DNA of 64,000 nt, taken from contig NC_068981.1 in the NCBI RefSeq assembly GCF_001194135.2, positions 194,579,252 to 194,643,251 on the forward strand. Reading direction: 5' to 3'. The notes below the pieces were generated by a model that did not search any database, was not told the DNA's origin, and saw nothing but the letters and a program-made list of their open reading frames with translations. The position numbers were made by a program, and so were the translations under genes. This document shows, piece by piece, positions 50,366-62,577 of this stretch. Position 1 is the first letter of the stretch, and each line of letters starts with the position of its first letter. Source of the DNA: Octopus bimaculoides (taxonomy: Eukaryota).

Positions 50366-50814
50366 TATACACACACACACACACAAGAGTTAAGGAATGG
50401 AGTAGATAAGATCTGGGCTACATATGTTTCACAGCGAGTGGAACCTCAGAAGTGGTAAATATCCAGGTAAGGTGTATACTGCAGGCTACTCTTCAGGCTG
50501 AGAATATCTTGGTTAAATGTAAGTTTACTTTGCTGCAAGGAAGTACATGTTAACCCATGGAAGATGCACAACCTTCCGTCTCAATAAACCACTATTGTCT
50601 CTGAAAGATGTTTTTTTTATATCTACTACGGATTGCTTGAAGCTAACTTTCTTCCTACACCTCAATCCCTGGATCTTTATATATATATATATATTTAAAC
50701 ACAAAAGAGGCGAGCCTTAACAGGTTGCCTTACATACTAGAAGGAACAGTCAAAAAGTCCAGTTAAGAGCAATTTCGAAAGGAATGAAAAATAAAAACAT
50801 TTCCCGTGTTTTAC

Positions 50815-50886
50815 AGCCGGACCTTTGGTTTCGAACTTTAATTAACAAATAAAATAAAGTGCAAGGCGAAGTTCTCATCAGTGGAT
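50815..50886 (-). ncRNA. Hammerhead ribozyme candidate with canonical core and GUC site
   Basis: Minus strand: CTGATGA-GAACTT...AAGTTC-GAAA-CC-AAA-GG-TC; stem I degenerate; flank related to family C. Confidence 0.65.
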
Positions 50887-51410
50887 AGGCCAAAACATTA
50901 ACANNNNNNNNNNNNNNNNNNNNNNNNNNNNNNNNNNNNNNNNNNNNNNNNNNNNNNNNNNNNNNNNNNNNNNNNNNNNNTATATATATATATATATGCA
51001 CATACACATTAATATGGAACAGCCTGCTCATGAAATTAACGTGCAAGTGGTTGAGCACTCCACAGACATATGTACCCTTAACGTAGTTCTCAGGGGGGAG
51101 ATTCATCATGACACAGAGTGTGACAAGGCTGGCCCCTTTAAAATACAGAAACAGTAAGAAAGAGTGAGAGAAAGTTGTGGTGAAAGAGTACAGCAGGGTT
51201 CACCACTACCCCTTGCCGAAGCCTTGTGGAACTTTAGGTGTTTTCGCTCAATAAACACTCACAACGCCTGGTCTGGGAATTGAAACTGCGACCCTACGAC
51301 CACAAGCCTGCTGCCCTAACCACTGGGCCATTACTTCTCCACATTATATACACATGCCGTAAGAGAATGGAGTATCTGGTATTACCATACAGTAAAGATA
51401 TGACGACAGG

Positions 51411-51448
<38 letters not shown>

Positions 51449-51615
51449 ATGTATATAAGGTGTGAGAGAAGATAACGTCTTGTATAACAATGATAAGGTG
51501 GTGATGATGAATGACATTGATGATAGTGGTTGTGATGATGTTAGGGGCCCTGTCCAGTTTATATATTTGTATATCTTTTCTCTTATTATTGCTGTTTGTT
51601 TTCCTTTTTGGTCAG

Positions 51616-51758
51616 AAATCTCACCTGCAAGTGTTAGGCCACAAGAAACAACTTTATGGTCACACCTGTCCCATAACGACAATTACTGTGTGTAAATCTT
51701 ACAGTATTTTTGTCAGTGCTAGTGAAGATGGGCTGTGTATCATCTGGGACTTGAATCG
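51616..51758 (+). CDS. LYST: LYST exon, WD40 (LYGHTCPIT...[13 protein letters not shown])
   Basis: gtcag| ... CG|gtaagt; phase 0 to 2. Confidence 0.96.
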
Positions 51759-51797
51759 GTAAGTTTCTTGATTTCGTTATTTGCATTATTTATGTAT

Positions 51798-51868
51798 GGG
51801 CATATGGTGTAGTGGTTAAGAGCACCGGCTACTAACCCCAAGATTCCGAGTTGGATTCCAGGCAGTGA

Positions 51869-51919
<51 letters not shown>

Positions 51920-52518
51920 GACATAGTCTTAATTGAGAAAGAAAACAAACTATGCTGGATCATAGATATAGCATGCCCGGCTAACAACAAGGTATGCGAC
52001 AAGGAAGAAAGAAAAGTCGAGAGATATGACAGGTTAGCTTGGGAGGTAAAGCAGTTGTGGTCGATGAAAAAGGTTGCAGTAGTACCAGTAATTGTTGGAG
52101 CCCTGGGAACAGTGAGCAAAAATCTTGCGAAGTACGTGGGACAAATAGGGGCTGCAATAAGGGTGGAGCACTTGCAGAAAACAGTACTGCTTGGAACTGC
52201 TCGAATACTCCGGAAGGTGCTCGAAAATAAGAGGTGTTACCTTAGTTCACTGGTAGTGAACAGCTGATGCTGTAGTACATCTCCAGCATTAGAAGCTATG
52301 CAAAGGTAATAATAATAATAATAATAATAATAATGATAATAATAACAACAACATCGAAAAATACCTTAGGAATGAGAACCCAGGTTCAAAATTTCCCCAA
52401 GACACCTGATGAAGGCTGGAGGGTATATCAGCCGAAATGTTGTGTTAACAACAAACAAGATGAGGACAAATATCTGTCAAATGTAAATAATTCCTCATCT
52501 CTTAGATATAGAACTGTA
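51798..52518 (+). mobile_element. Family A element split by an R4/Dong LINE fragment; hammerhead at 52401-52446
   Basis: Head 51798-51870, (AAT)n, LINE 51919-52307, (AAT)n, body and hammerhead. Confidence 0.85.
51919..52307 (+). mobile_element. R4/Dong-like LINE 3' fragment (same family as 39848-40500)
   Basis: DIVLIEKENKLCWIIDIACP...GALGTVSKNL...LLGTARILRKVLE; inside (AAT)n. Confidence 0.9.
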
Positions 52519-53136
52519 TTCTTGATTTCATATCATCTGCAATTAAAAACAATTCATTTTAACAATTCTTACCATCATCCTCATCATAATGGTAACAAGC
52601 TTATTGTATACAGTGCTCAGGTGCACCACAACTCATCAGAAAGGGTATATATGTGTGTATATATGTATGTATATAAGGTGTAAGAGAAGAGATCTTGTAT
52701 AACAATGGTAAGATGGTGATGATGAATGACAATGATGATAGTGGTTGTGGTGATGTTAGGTGACCTGTCCAGTTTAGTGTAAACGATGGTGATGATGATG
52801 ATCATCATCATGTGATGGTGGTAAATGGTTGTCACAGTCATACAAGCAGCATCCTTCATTTTGAATGTTCCATGAAACAGGTCCGTCCACAGGGAAATAT
52901 TCTCTTATTTGGAAAGAGGTGAATGTTGGCGACATGAGAGGCACCTAGCTGTAGGAAAACCTGCCTCAGCAATTTCCAAGTGATCCCTACAAACATGGAA
53001 AGGTGGATGTTAAGTGATGATGTGAAAGAATCTTGAAAAATTATAAAGCGAAAACAAGTTGGTGTAAATGGCCATCATAGTTGTGTTTTTATTTTTTTTT
53101 ATTTTTCAATATGTGTATTTCCGTTTCTTTCCACAG

Positions 53137-53234
53137 GCTGTCCTATGTGCGCTCCATAGAAGGCCATACGTGTAGTGTAAACACTATTGCTATCAGTGAA
53201 ACACTGGGTGATATTGTCACAATAAGTTCTGCTG
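53137..53234 (+). CDS. LYST: LYST exon, WD40 (LSYVRSIEGH...SETLGDIVT)
   Basis: ccacag| ... G|gtaaat; phase 2 to 1. Confidence 0.95.
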
Positions 53235-53535
53235 GTAAATATTACATTATATAGCATTTAATATTACACGACCATAAAATACACACACACACACACACAC
53301 AGAGCAGATATGAATCTCAAACACACTCACAACACAGTGAGCCTTCAGCAAACATTCCGTTCTGTCTGTTGAGTTGCACTCCAGATGAACTCACAGTCCA
53401 TTGCCACTCCCACTCTATCTCTGCTCTCACTCACTTCTACCGCAACCCGTCTGATCCATGTTAGCAATCTACCACCAATAGTCGTTGCCTGTCCACTAAA
53501 CTCTCGCTCATTTTTACCATTTTTTTACACTTCAG

Positions 53536-53689
53536 ATGTCGGCAGTATTATGATGCTGCATACAGTCAATGCACAACTAGTTGCTGTACATAACTGCGAA
53601 GATAGAATACTGTGTGCCGCTTACTCCAGTGCTGCTGAAGGACGTTCTGTGAATGTTATTGCTGGGGGATTAAGTGCTGGAATAGTTCG
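53536..53689 (+). CDS. LYST: LYST exon, WD40 (HTVNAQLV...EGRSVNVIAGGLSAGIVR)
   Basis: ttcag| ... CG|gtaagt; phase 1 to 2. Confidence 0.96.
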
Positions 53690-54026
53690 GTAAGTAAAAC
53701 TAGTATTGTTCCCATTGTACTCACTACATGCCCTCCTCTGCCTTACATTCCGCTGTCCCATTTGTATAACAACTCTCTCATTTTACTCCCTCTCCTTCAC
53801 CTCTTATCTCTTTCTCTCTCTTACTCTAACGTAACACATGACTGGAGTAATCAATCAACCAACCCGACTTTACAGCCATTGTCATTAATATATATTTTCA
53901 TCATCATTTAACATTAATTTTTCCAAGTTCAAATGCATTACAGTAATCCCTCGACTATCGCAGGTGCTACATTCCAAAACCCTCCATGGTAGGTGAAAAT
54001 CCATGAAGTAGAAACAGTACTCATCA

Positions 54027-54265
54027 GAAGGCGGCGAGCTGGCAGAAACGTTAGCACCACAGGCGAAATGCTTAGCGGTATTTCGTCTGCCATTACGTTC
54101 TGAGTTCAAATTCCGCCGAGGTCGACTTTGCCTTTCATCCTTTCGGGGTCGATAAATTAAGTACCAGTTACGCACTGGGGTCGATGTAATCGACTTATTT
54201 CCTTTGTCTGTCCTTGTTTGTCCCCTCTATGTTTAGCTTAGCCCCTTGTGGGCAGTAAAGAAATA
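54027..54265 (+). mobile_element. tRNA-derived SINE (GGCGAGCTGGCAGAAACGTTAGC family) with 17-bp target-site duplication
   Basis: AGAAACAGTACTCATCA at 54010-54026 and 54266-54282; many further copies (e.g. 18430-18640, 31390-31620, 47115-47435, 60200-61000, 63805-64000). Confidence 0.85.
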
Positions 54266-54282
54266 AGAAACAGTACTCATCA

Positions 54283-54780
54283 TCATCATCATCATCGTCA
54301 TTTAACGTCCGCTTTCCATGCTAGCATGGGCTGGATGGGTTGACTGAGGACTGGCAAGCCAGGAAGCTGCACCAGGCTCCAGTCTGATCTGGCAAAGTTT
54401 CTACAGCTGGATGCCCTTCCTAACGCCAACCACTCCAAGAGTGTAGTGGGTACTTTTATGTGCCACCAGCATGAGTGCCAGTCAGGTGGTTCTGGCAATG
54501 ACCACGCTCAAAAGGTGTTTTTTTTACATGCTACCTGCATGGGAGCCAGTCCGGCGGCACTGGCAACAACCATGCTCGAATGTTGTTTTTCATGTGCCTC
54601 CGGCACGGGAGCCAATACGTGACTCTGGCAATGATCACGCTCAGACATGATTTTAACATTCCAATGGCACGAGTGCCAATCAGGCAGAACAGTCATCAGG
54701 GATTTTGATTTGATTTCACTTGCCTCAATAGGTCTTTGCAAGAAAAGTTTGTCCAATGAACGAGGGGTACTCATACACTT
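54283..54780 (-). mobile_element. RTE LINE 3' fragment
   Basis: (CAT)n then reverse complement of family 3' UTR; boundaries approximate. Confidence 0.8.
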
Positions 54781-54939
54781 ACTGTATATGAAACCATTGG
54801 TAGCTTTGTTAACCTAGAAATAAAAAAACAAAAAGTGTTTATCCACCACTGCAGTGTTGAGCATTCATTCTCACTTTTTGATGTTTAGTAATAATGTGTT
54901 AATCCCATCATTGTTTCACTTTATTGTATTTCCTTGTAG

Positions 54940-55014
54940 ACTGTGGAACAGTTGGACCCTGGAACCTGTTAGAGATCTTGTTGATGAAGCACTGAAGGGC
55001 AAGCAGATTTTGAG
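54940..55014 (+). CDS. LYST: LYST exon, WD40 (LWNSWTLEPVRDL...KQIL)
   Basis: tgtag| ... AG|gtaagt; phase 2 to 2. Confidence 0.94.
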
Positions 55015-56296
55015 GTAAGTTGAGGGTCTTTATTGTACTGTATTAATAAGAATTCATTGCATAACACTGGACTCTCTTTAGAATCAGTTTATATCTTTGG
55101 GTGCTGCGGATAGAATCATTGAACAGGCTCCATCATTCCCCAATCACTTTCTGTGACATCATCATCATCGTTTAACGTCCACTTTCCATGCTAGCATGGG
55201 TTGGACGATTTGACTGAGGACTGGTGAACCGGATGGCTGCACCAGGCTCCAATCTGATCTGGCAGAGTTTCTACAGCTGGATGCCCTTCCAAACGCCGAC
55301 CACTCCGAGTGTAGTGGGTGCTTTTACATGCCACCGGCACGAGGGCCAGTCACACGGTACTGGCAATGGCCTCGTTCAAAAGGTCTTTTCATGTGCCAGG
55401 AAGGCGAAGTTGGTAACGGTCACGTTCAAATGGTGCTATTTACGTGCCACCAGCACGAAAGCCAGACAGCTGGTGCTCTGGCAACGATCACGCTCGGACA
55501 GTGCTCTTAGTGATTTACTGGTACTGGTGCCAGTAAGTATATATATATATTTTGTATTCTTCCTTTCTACTTGGAGAGTTTAGATGTAGTTAGATGTCCT
55601 TCTGTTTAAATGTAATTTCATTAAAATTCTATATCTTTCTGCAGCTGAGGATTGCTCTGCATTTTACATTTGATGTAATGTTCACGTTGCTTAATTAAAT
55701 GGAGTCGCATGAAACGACCGTACTGCATTAACTTTGGATATCCTTGTTGCTTATTTTGACTTGTATATATATACACACATACGATGTGCTTCTTTCAGTT
55801 TCTGTCTATGAAATCCACTCGGAAGGCTCTGGTCGGGCTGAGGCTTATAATAAAAGACACTTGCCCAAGGTGCCACGCAGTGGGACTGAACCCAGTACTA
55901 TGTGGTTGGTAAGCAAGCTTCTTACCACACAGCTACGCCTGTGCCTCTTTATGTATACGTGATCTCAATCATTTGTTCATTTCATTTAATTTCTATTTCT
56001 CTATGCCAACATGGCTTAGATGGAAGAAGTAAGTTTAAAACAGAATTCTAACCTCCAGATGCACTTCCTGTTGTCAAAGATATATTGTCATTATATACTC
56101 TTTTACTTGTTTCAGTCATTTGACTGTGGCCATGCTGGAGCACCGCTTTTTAGTCAAACAAATCGACCCCGGGACTCATTCTTTGTAAGCCTAGTACTTA
56201 TTCTATCGGTCTCTTTTTGCCGAACTGTTAAGTTACGGGGACGTAAACACTCCAGCATCGGTTGTCAAGCAATGTTGGGGGGAAAAACAGACATAC

Positions 56297-56338
<42 letters not shown>

Positions 56339-56411
56339 CGGGTTTCTTTCAGTTTCTGTCTACCAAATCCACTCACAAGGCTTTGGTGAGCCTGAGGCTA
56401 TAGTAGAAGAC

Positions 56412-57296
56412 NNNNNNNNNNNNNNNNNNNNNNNNNNNNNNNNNNNNNNNNNNNNNNNNNNNNNNNNNNNNNNNNNNNNNNNNNNNNNNNNNNNNNNNNN
56501 NNNNNNNNNNNNNNNNNNNNNNNNNNNNNNNNNNNNNNNNNNNNNNNNNNNNNNNNNNNNNNNNNNNNNNNNNNNNNNNNNNNNNNNNNNNNNNNNNNNN
56601 NNNNNNNNNNNNNNNNNNNNNNNNNNNNNNNNNNNNNNNNNNNNNNNNNNNNNNNNNNNNNNNNNNNNNNNNNNNNNNNNNNNNNNNNNNNNNNNNNNNN
56701 NNNNNNNNNNNNNNNNNNNNNNNNNNNNNNNNNNNNNNNNNNNNNNNNNNNNNNNNNNNNNNNNNNNNNNNNNNNNNNNNNNNNNNNNNNNNNNNNNNNN
56801 NNNNNNNNNNNNNNNNNNNNNNNNNNNNNNNNNNNNNNNNNNNNNNNNNNNNNNNNNNNNNNNNNNNNNNNNNNNNNNNNNNNNNNNNNNNNNNNNNNNN
56901 NNNNNNNNNNNNNNNNNNNNNNNNNNNNNNNNNNNNNNNNNNNNNNNNNNNNNNNNNNNNNNNNNNNNNNNNNNNNNNNNNNNNNNNNNNNNNNNNNNNN
57001 NNNNNNNNNNNNNNNNNNNNNNNNNNNNNNNNNNNNNNNNNNNNNNNNNNNNNNNNNNNNNNNNNNNNNNNNNNNNNNNNNNNNNNNNNNNNNNNNNNNN
57101 NNNNNNNNNNNNNNNNNNNNNNNNNNNNNNNNNNNNNNNNNNNNNNNNNNNNNNNNNNNNNNNNNNNNNNNNNNNNNNNNNNNNNNNNNNNNNNNNNNNN
57201 NNNNNNNNNNNNNNNNNNNNNNNNNNNNNNNNNNNNNNNNNNNNNNNNNNNNNNNNNNNNNNNNNNNNNNNNNNNNNNNNNNNNNNNNNNNNNNNN
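56412..57296. other. Assembly gap (other gaps: 10073-10282, 14720-15508, 25456-25921, 50904-50980, 58665-58688, 60145-60154, 61454-61808)
   Basis: N runs. Confidence 0.99.
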
Positions 57297-58462
57297 AAAA
57301 AAAAAAAAAAAAAAAAAAAAGAAATTTTTAGGGCATTAAAACTTATGAGAGGCCCAACCTCACATACAGGACCAGAGATGATTTTATTGAGACTTGTTTT
57401 GGAGGAAAAAAAGTGTGTATTATATACCATCAAATATGATATGTATTCTTCCTCACTCTTTTGGAAAAAAGTGAAAATTCTGAGAAATTTCAGGGTGTTT
57501 AAGACTGTTTTTTTTTTCTCTTTTTTTTACAGGATGGCACCAGCCATTATGTGACATCAGCACGTGTCATGCTAATTTACTTCCCAGAAACACTTTAAAA
57601 ACTATTCCCACTGGGTGAAACTGTCTTGGAAGGGCTGTGGGGGCCATTTCTGTTGTCTGGTAAAAAACTATGGCAAAATCTTGTAAAATAGAACGAAGTT
57701 CTTTATGAGTCAACATCCACAAAACAGTTTCAACAACTGAATTGCAATTTTAAGATGGTTAACGCCTACATTACAAAAATAAAGGCATTAATGATATGAA
57801 TTCCACACCCTTCCCTACTTCATCTCCACCCCGTCTTCTTTTTGTAAAGATGACAGGATTTGGGGCTTGTGTAAGCGACGATAATTTTATAATCCAAGAC
57901 TGGTCTCACTCACCTATTTGTAGATACTCACCTAGATTGTATTGGCAACAGATTGTCTCCCCTTCTTCAGTCTTTGGCACAATTCAGTTCTTGAACTTCT
58001 TACATACACACGCACACATGAGAGAAAAATATATATCTGTATATATGCGTGTATGTTCGTATATATATATAATTATATATATATATATGCATACACATAA
58101 AATTTATATTTAAAAAAAAGATTTTGACTAACTTCCAAGTTTTACTGAACAAGCATATCAAACAGTCTGTCGGTGAAACTTCAAAGTCACTGTCAACTCC
58201 TTTTAAAATAAATAAATATTTGGTTCAATGAATTTTTATATTTTTTTTTAGAATATAATACATCACTATTATTATAATCAATGTGCATTGTGTGTGCTTT
58301 TATATAATTTCATATGCATGCATATATATATATATATATATATCTCACAGTATCAACAAGACTATTGGATGTTGTTATACATCATTGGTCACAATGCGCT
58401 TTGCATTGTTTTAGCTATCAAATGATAACACCCCGTGTCATTTGAAAGCTAAATTATGTGTC

Positions 58463-58495
<33 letters not shown>

Positions 58496-58628
58496 ATAAT
58501 TATATATATATTTGCACATCCACCACATACTGAGTACAATAGCTGTGATGTGTTACATTCTAAAAGCTACAAAAATTTATTGACGAAAATATATATACAC
58601 ACACACACACACATACACATGTGGACAT

Positions 58629-58662
<34 letters not shown>

Positions 58663-58688
58663 AGNNNNNNNNNNNNNNNNNNNNNNNN

Positions 58689-58721
<33 letters not shown>

Positions 58722-59477
58722 GCAGATGTGTTTGTGTATATATATATATATATATATATATACAAACATTAATATTTTCCTCTCTTCTTCAATTAAAAAA
58801 AAGTAAAAGAAATTATATTTTAAAGATTGCTTATATTTCTTACGATAAAAAGTTTATTCTATCTTCTCAACATAAGCATCTCTAACGGAATATGAACACA
58901 CACACATACACCATGTGTGTGTGTCTATACATACACCACACACCCACATTGCATACATACGCTGAATAACAAAGTAAAAGTAATGTTTATTTTTTTTATC
59001 TAAAATCCATGAAAGTTCACATTATATTTATCTGCCTTTCACTATTTATTGATTATAGATTATTGATCTAACCCACCGTCCTCCACACCCTGTAGCTTGC
59101 CAGTGTCTGTAAAAGATAAAACAAATCTCTTTTGTCCCATTTTGTATTACAATCTCACAGCAAAATATCAAAAGTTCATCTTAAAAGTTCCCTACCACCA
59201 CCACCACCACCACCACCACCACTTTCATCTGACCAACCACATCTTCCTCACCGACTGAACACTCCTCCACTGTCTTCCCACCACCAGCCCAGGATACTCC
59301 ATACCACACCCCATGTATCTATGCACTCTATCCCCAAATATATACACATACACACACTCACGTTAGCAGAAGTGTTTTCCTAACTTTCAAATTAATTTAA
59401 AATTTCAATAAGTGGAATTACATTTTCTGTACACTACTTGTGTCTGATAAACCTGTACATTCTATGTACGTTTATAC

Positions 59478-59513
<36 letters not shown>

Positions 59514-59596
59514 ATGTATATAGTATGTTTATTTGTATGCATATGTATGTGCTCATGTAAATGTATTTGTACTTGTGTATGTTTATATATGCATGT

Positions 59597-59646
<50 letters not shown>

Positions 59647-60154
59647 TTGTTTTATATATCATACACAATTATGTTACGGTGTTGTTGCAAGACAACTGTG
59701 TCGTATAACTAGTGTGGTTGTATCTGTATTATTCCAACACCTAAAACACATGTGCCTCGTTGGTCTCCAGAACACAAGCACTCCTTCCTCCTTTTGACTT
59801 AACCCTACCCCTCCTTGACTCAAAGCTGCCTGTGTATAGCTGACCAAAATCAGCCATACATTATATATACCCTGTTCACCACTTTCAAGCTGACCCCTAA
59901 TATTTCTCCTACCTACCCATCCACCTACAAGCACGCACATACACACACCAGGGCCTTTCCCCCCCTTATTCTTTCTATATCCCTACTTCTATTTTGCTGT
60001 TTACAATTTGGTATTCTTTACAGAAATGAAGAACTGATTTTTTTTTTTGTTCACCAGAGTCTGAGTTAAAAAAAAAAAAAACTGCAACACAAAAGCTGTT
60101 TCCTATCGGGGAACACATTTCCTGATATTTCTTTAAGGCTTTCTNNNNNNNNNN

Positions 60155-60186
<32 letters not shown>

Positions 60187-61034
60187 ATCATTATTTTTAG
60201 GGCAGTGGATCAACAGAATTGTTGGAATATTGGATAAAATGCCTTGTGGTGTTTGTTCCAGCTTGTTACATTGTGTTACTTTCCTGTTGGGGTCAAATTT
60301 GCTTTTCATCTATCTGGGATTAATAGAATAAAGTACCAGTAAAGCACAGGGGCTAATGTAATTACCTGCCCCTCCCCTAAAAATTAGTGTCCTTCTCCCT
60401 GAATTAGAATTATTAATACCAGTAATTTCTGTTACCAATATTAGCAGGGGATAAGGTGGGGTCGTTGGCAGAACTGTTACCATGCTGGGCGAAATGCTTA
60501 GTGGCATTTCATCCCTCTTTATGTTCTTAAGTCAACTTTGCCTTTCATCTCTTTGGTGGGGGTCACTAAAATAAATACCAGTTGCGCACTGGGGTCAATG
60601 TAATTGACTTACTCCCCCTTCCCCTGAACTTGCTGGCCTTGTGCCAAAATTTGAAATCAGTGGATTGACAAAATCATCAAAGCAGTGGACGAAATACCTT
60701 TTGGTATTTAGTTAGTCCTTGAAAATTCTGAGTTTGAATCCCATAGAGCTTAACTTTCAAGGGTCAATAAAGTGAAGTACCAGTCAAGTACTGGGATTGA
60801 TATAATCAATTAACCTCCCACTCCCCTCTCCTCCTGCTAAAATTCTTGGCACAATGCCAAAATGAGAATCATTATGAAGATGACGAGCTGGCAAAATTGT
60901 TAGCAGCATCAGAAGAATGCCGAGCGGCTTTCTTCCAGCTCTTTACATTCTGAATTCAAACCCAATGAGGCTCAACTTTGCCTTTCAGGTTCAACAATTG
61001 AACAATATAGAATACCAGTCAAGTACTGGGGTCA

Positions 61035-61065
<31 letters not shown>

Positions 61066-61808
61066 GTGTATCCACCTTCCCTGAAATTGCTGGCTTTGTG
61101 CCCAAAATAGAATTATTATTATTATTATTAAATTACTGCAAATGTAAACAAATAGAGGAGTTTATTCCAAGTCCATCTGCACAATACTACCGTTATATTA
61201 CTCTTATGTCTGTGAGTAGCAAACTGTGAAAGGAACTACTGCTGTGTCTGCACATCACCATTATAATGTATTGGCTTTTAGTGGAAGAAAAACACTAGAG
61301 GTGGGCGGGGGTGGAGAGGGGGCAGGTAATATTGAACTCTAGTCTTCTGTTGCATGTGAATTCACGATCAAAACAAAATAAAGAATAAAAGTTCTTCCTT
61401 TCAATAAAAGTATTTTAAAGTGTACCATATTTTGGCGCTCTGCCCCCCCCCCCNNNNNNNNNNNNNNNNNNNNNNNNNNNNNNNNNNNNNNNNNNNNNNN
61501 NNNNNNNNNNNNNNNNNNNNNNNNNNNNNNNNNNNNNNNNNNNNNNNNNNNNNNNNNNNNNNNNNNNNNNNNNNNNNNNNNNNNNNNNNNNNNNNNNNNN
61601 NNNNNNNNNNNNNNNNNNNNNNNNNNNNNNNNNNNNNNNNNNNNNNNNNNNNNNNNNNNNNNNNNNNNNNNNNNNNNNNNNNNNNNNNNNNNNNNNNNNN
61701 NNNNNNNNNNNNNNNNNNNNNNNNNNNNNNNNNNNNNNNNNNNNNNNNNNNNNNNNNNNNNNNNNNNNNNNNNNNNNNNNNNNNNNNNNNNNNNNNNNNN
61801 NNNNNNNN

Positions 61809-61854
<46 letters not shown>

Positions 61855-62577
61855 TTGCCATGGAGGAAAATATGTTGCTTCATCTAAAACATTGATTATC
61901 CATTTCTTTCTTCCCCCCCCCACTCTGAACCCCTTTGATTACTATATTTTTCTGGTGGACCCCTGCCCCAAGCCATTCGATGTTAAAAAAACTAGTTTTA
62001 CAGATATTTCTTTCAAAGTTCCTATTTTGTTTTGCCCCACTTTCCCTTGTGTAGGCTGAACTGCGTAAAACATCAGAGAAAGAAACCCATTTCTTACAAG
62101 AAACACATCTAAAGTGAAAGTTTTCCACGGACCCATAAAATACTACTGTGGACCTAATTGACTATTTTTCTTGGGTACACCACCAAAATTCTTGTATAGA
62201 CCCCTCCCCCAGTTGAAAACCCACTGATCTAATTTCTAAAGTATGAATTATTTTCTCAAAGACAAAACTGCAGTAAAAAGGCTTAATTATAGGTTCTGAT
62301 ATATCCCAAAACATATTTAAACTGATCAAAAGTTTGTTCGTTTTTCTTTCACTGCTTCGTATAACTACCCACATTATACATAAATCATTTTTAAGGGTGG
62401 AACTCAAAGGAGATAAAAGCTACAAACACTAGCATGCAGAATCCTTGGATGACAAAAAAAAAGGTGAAGGTTACGCATGGAACACAAACCCATATATACA
62501 TACATATATACATAAATAGTAATGGTATGACAACAAAAGAATGAACGAGACCTCGATATTATGTAAATAGAAAAATC

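Larger units (their letters stand above)
656..55014 (+). other. LYST: LYST gene span (partial: 5' end upstream of window, terminal exon not located)
   Basis: 40 exons with canonical AG/GT sites and continuous phase. Spliced peptide follows the LYST order as I recall it: LLx[51 protein letters not shown] ([43 protein letters not shown]), WD40. Confidence 0.96.

Noticed and set aside
51798-51870. tRNA gene (also 8474, 30328, 41588 and other SINE heads)
   Set aside because: No proper acceptor stem or terminator; the sequence continues into a SINE body, so these are tRNA-derived heads.
59674-59946. Minus-strand 90-aa ORF as a neighbouring gene's exon
   Set aside because: No recognisable domain, starts in a (TG)n tract, no supporting partner exons.
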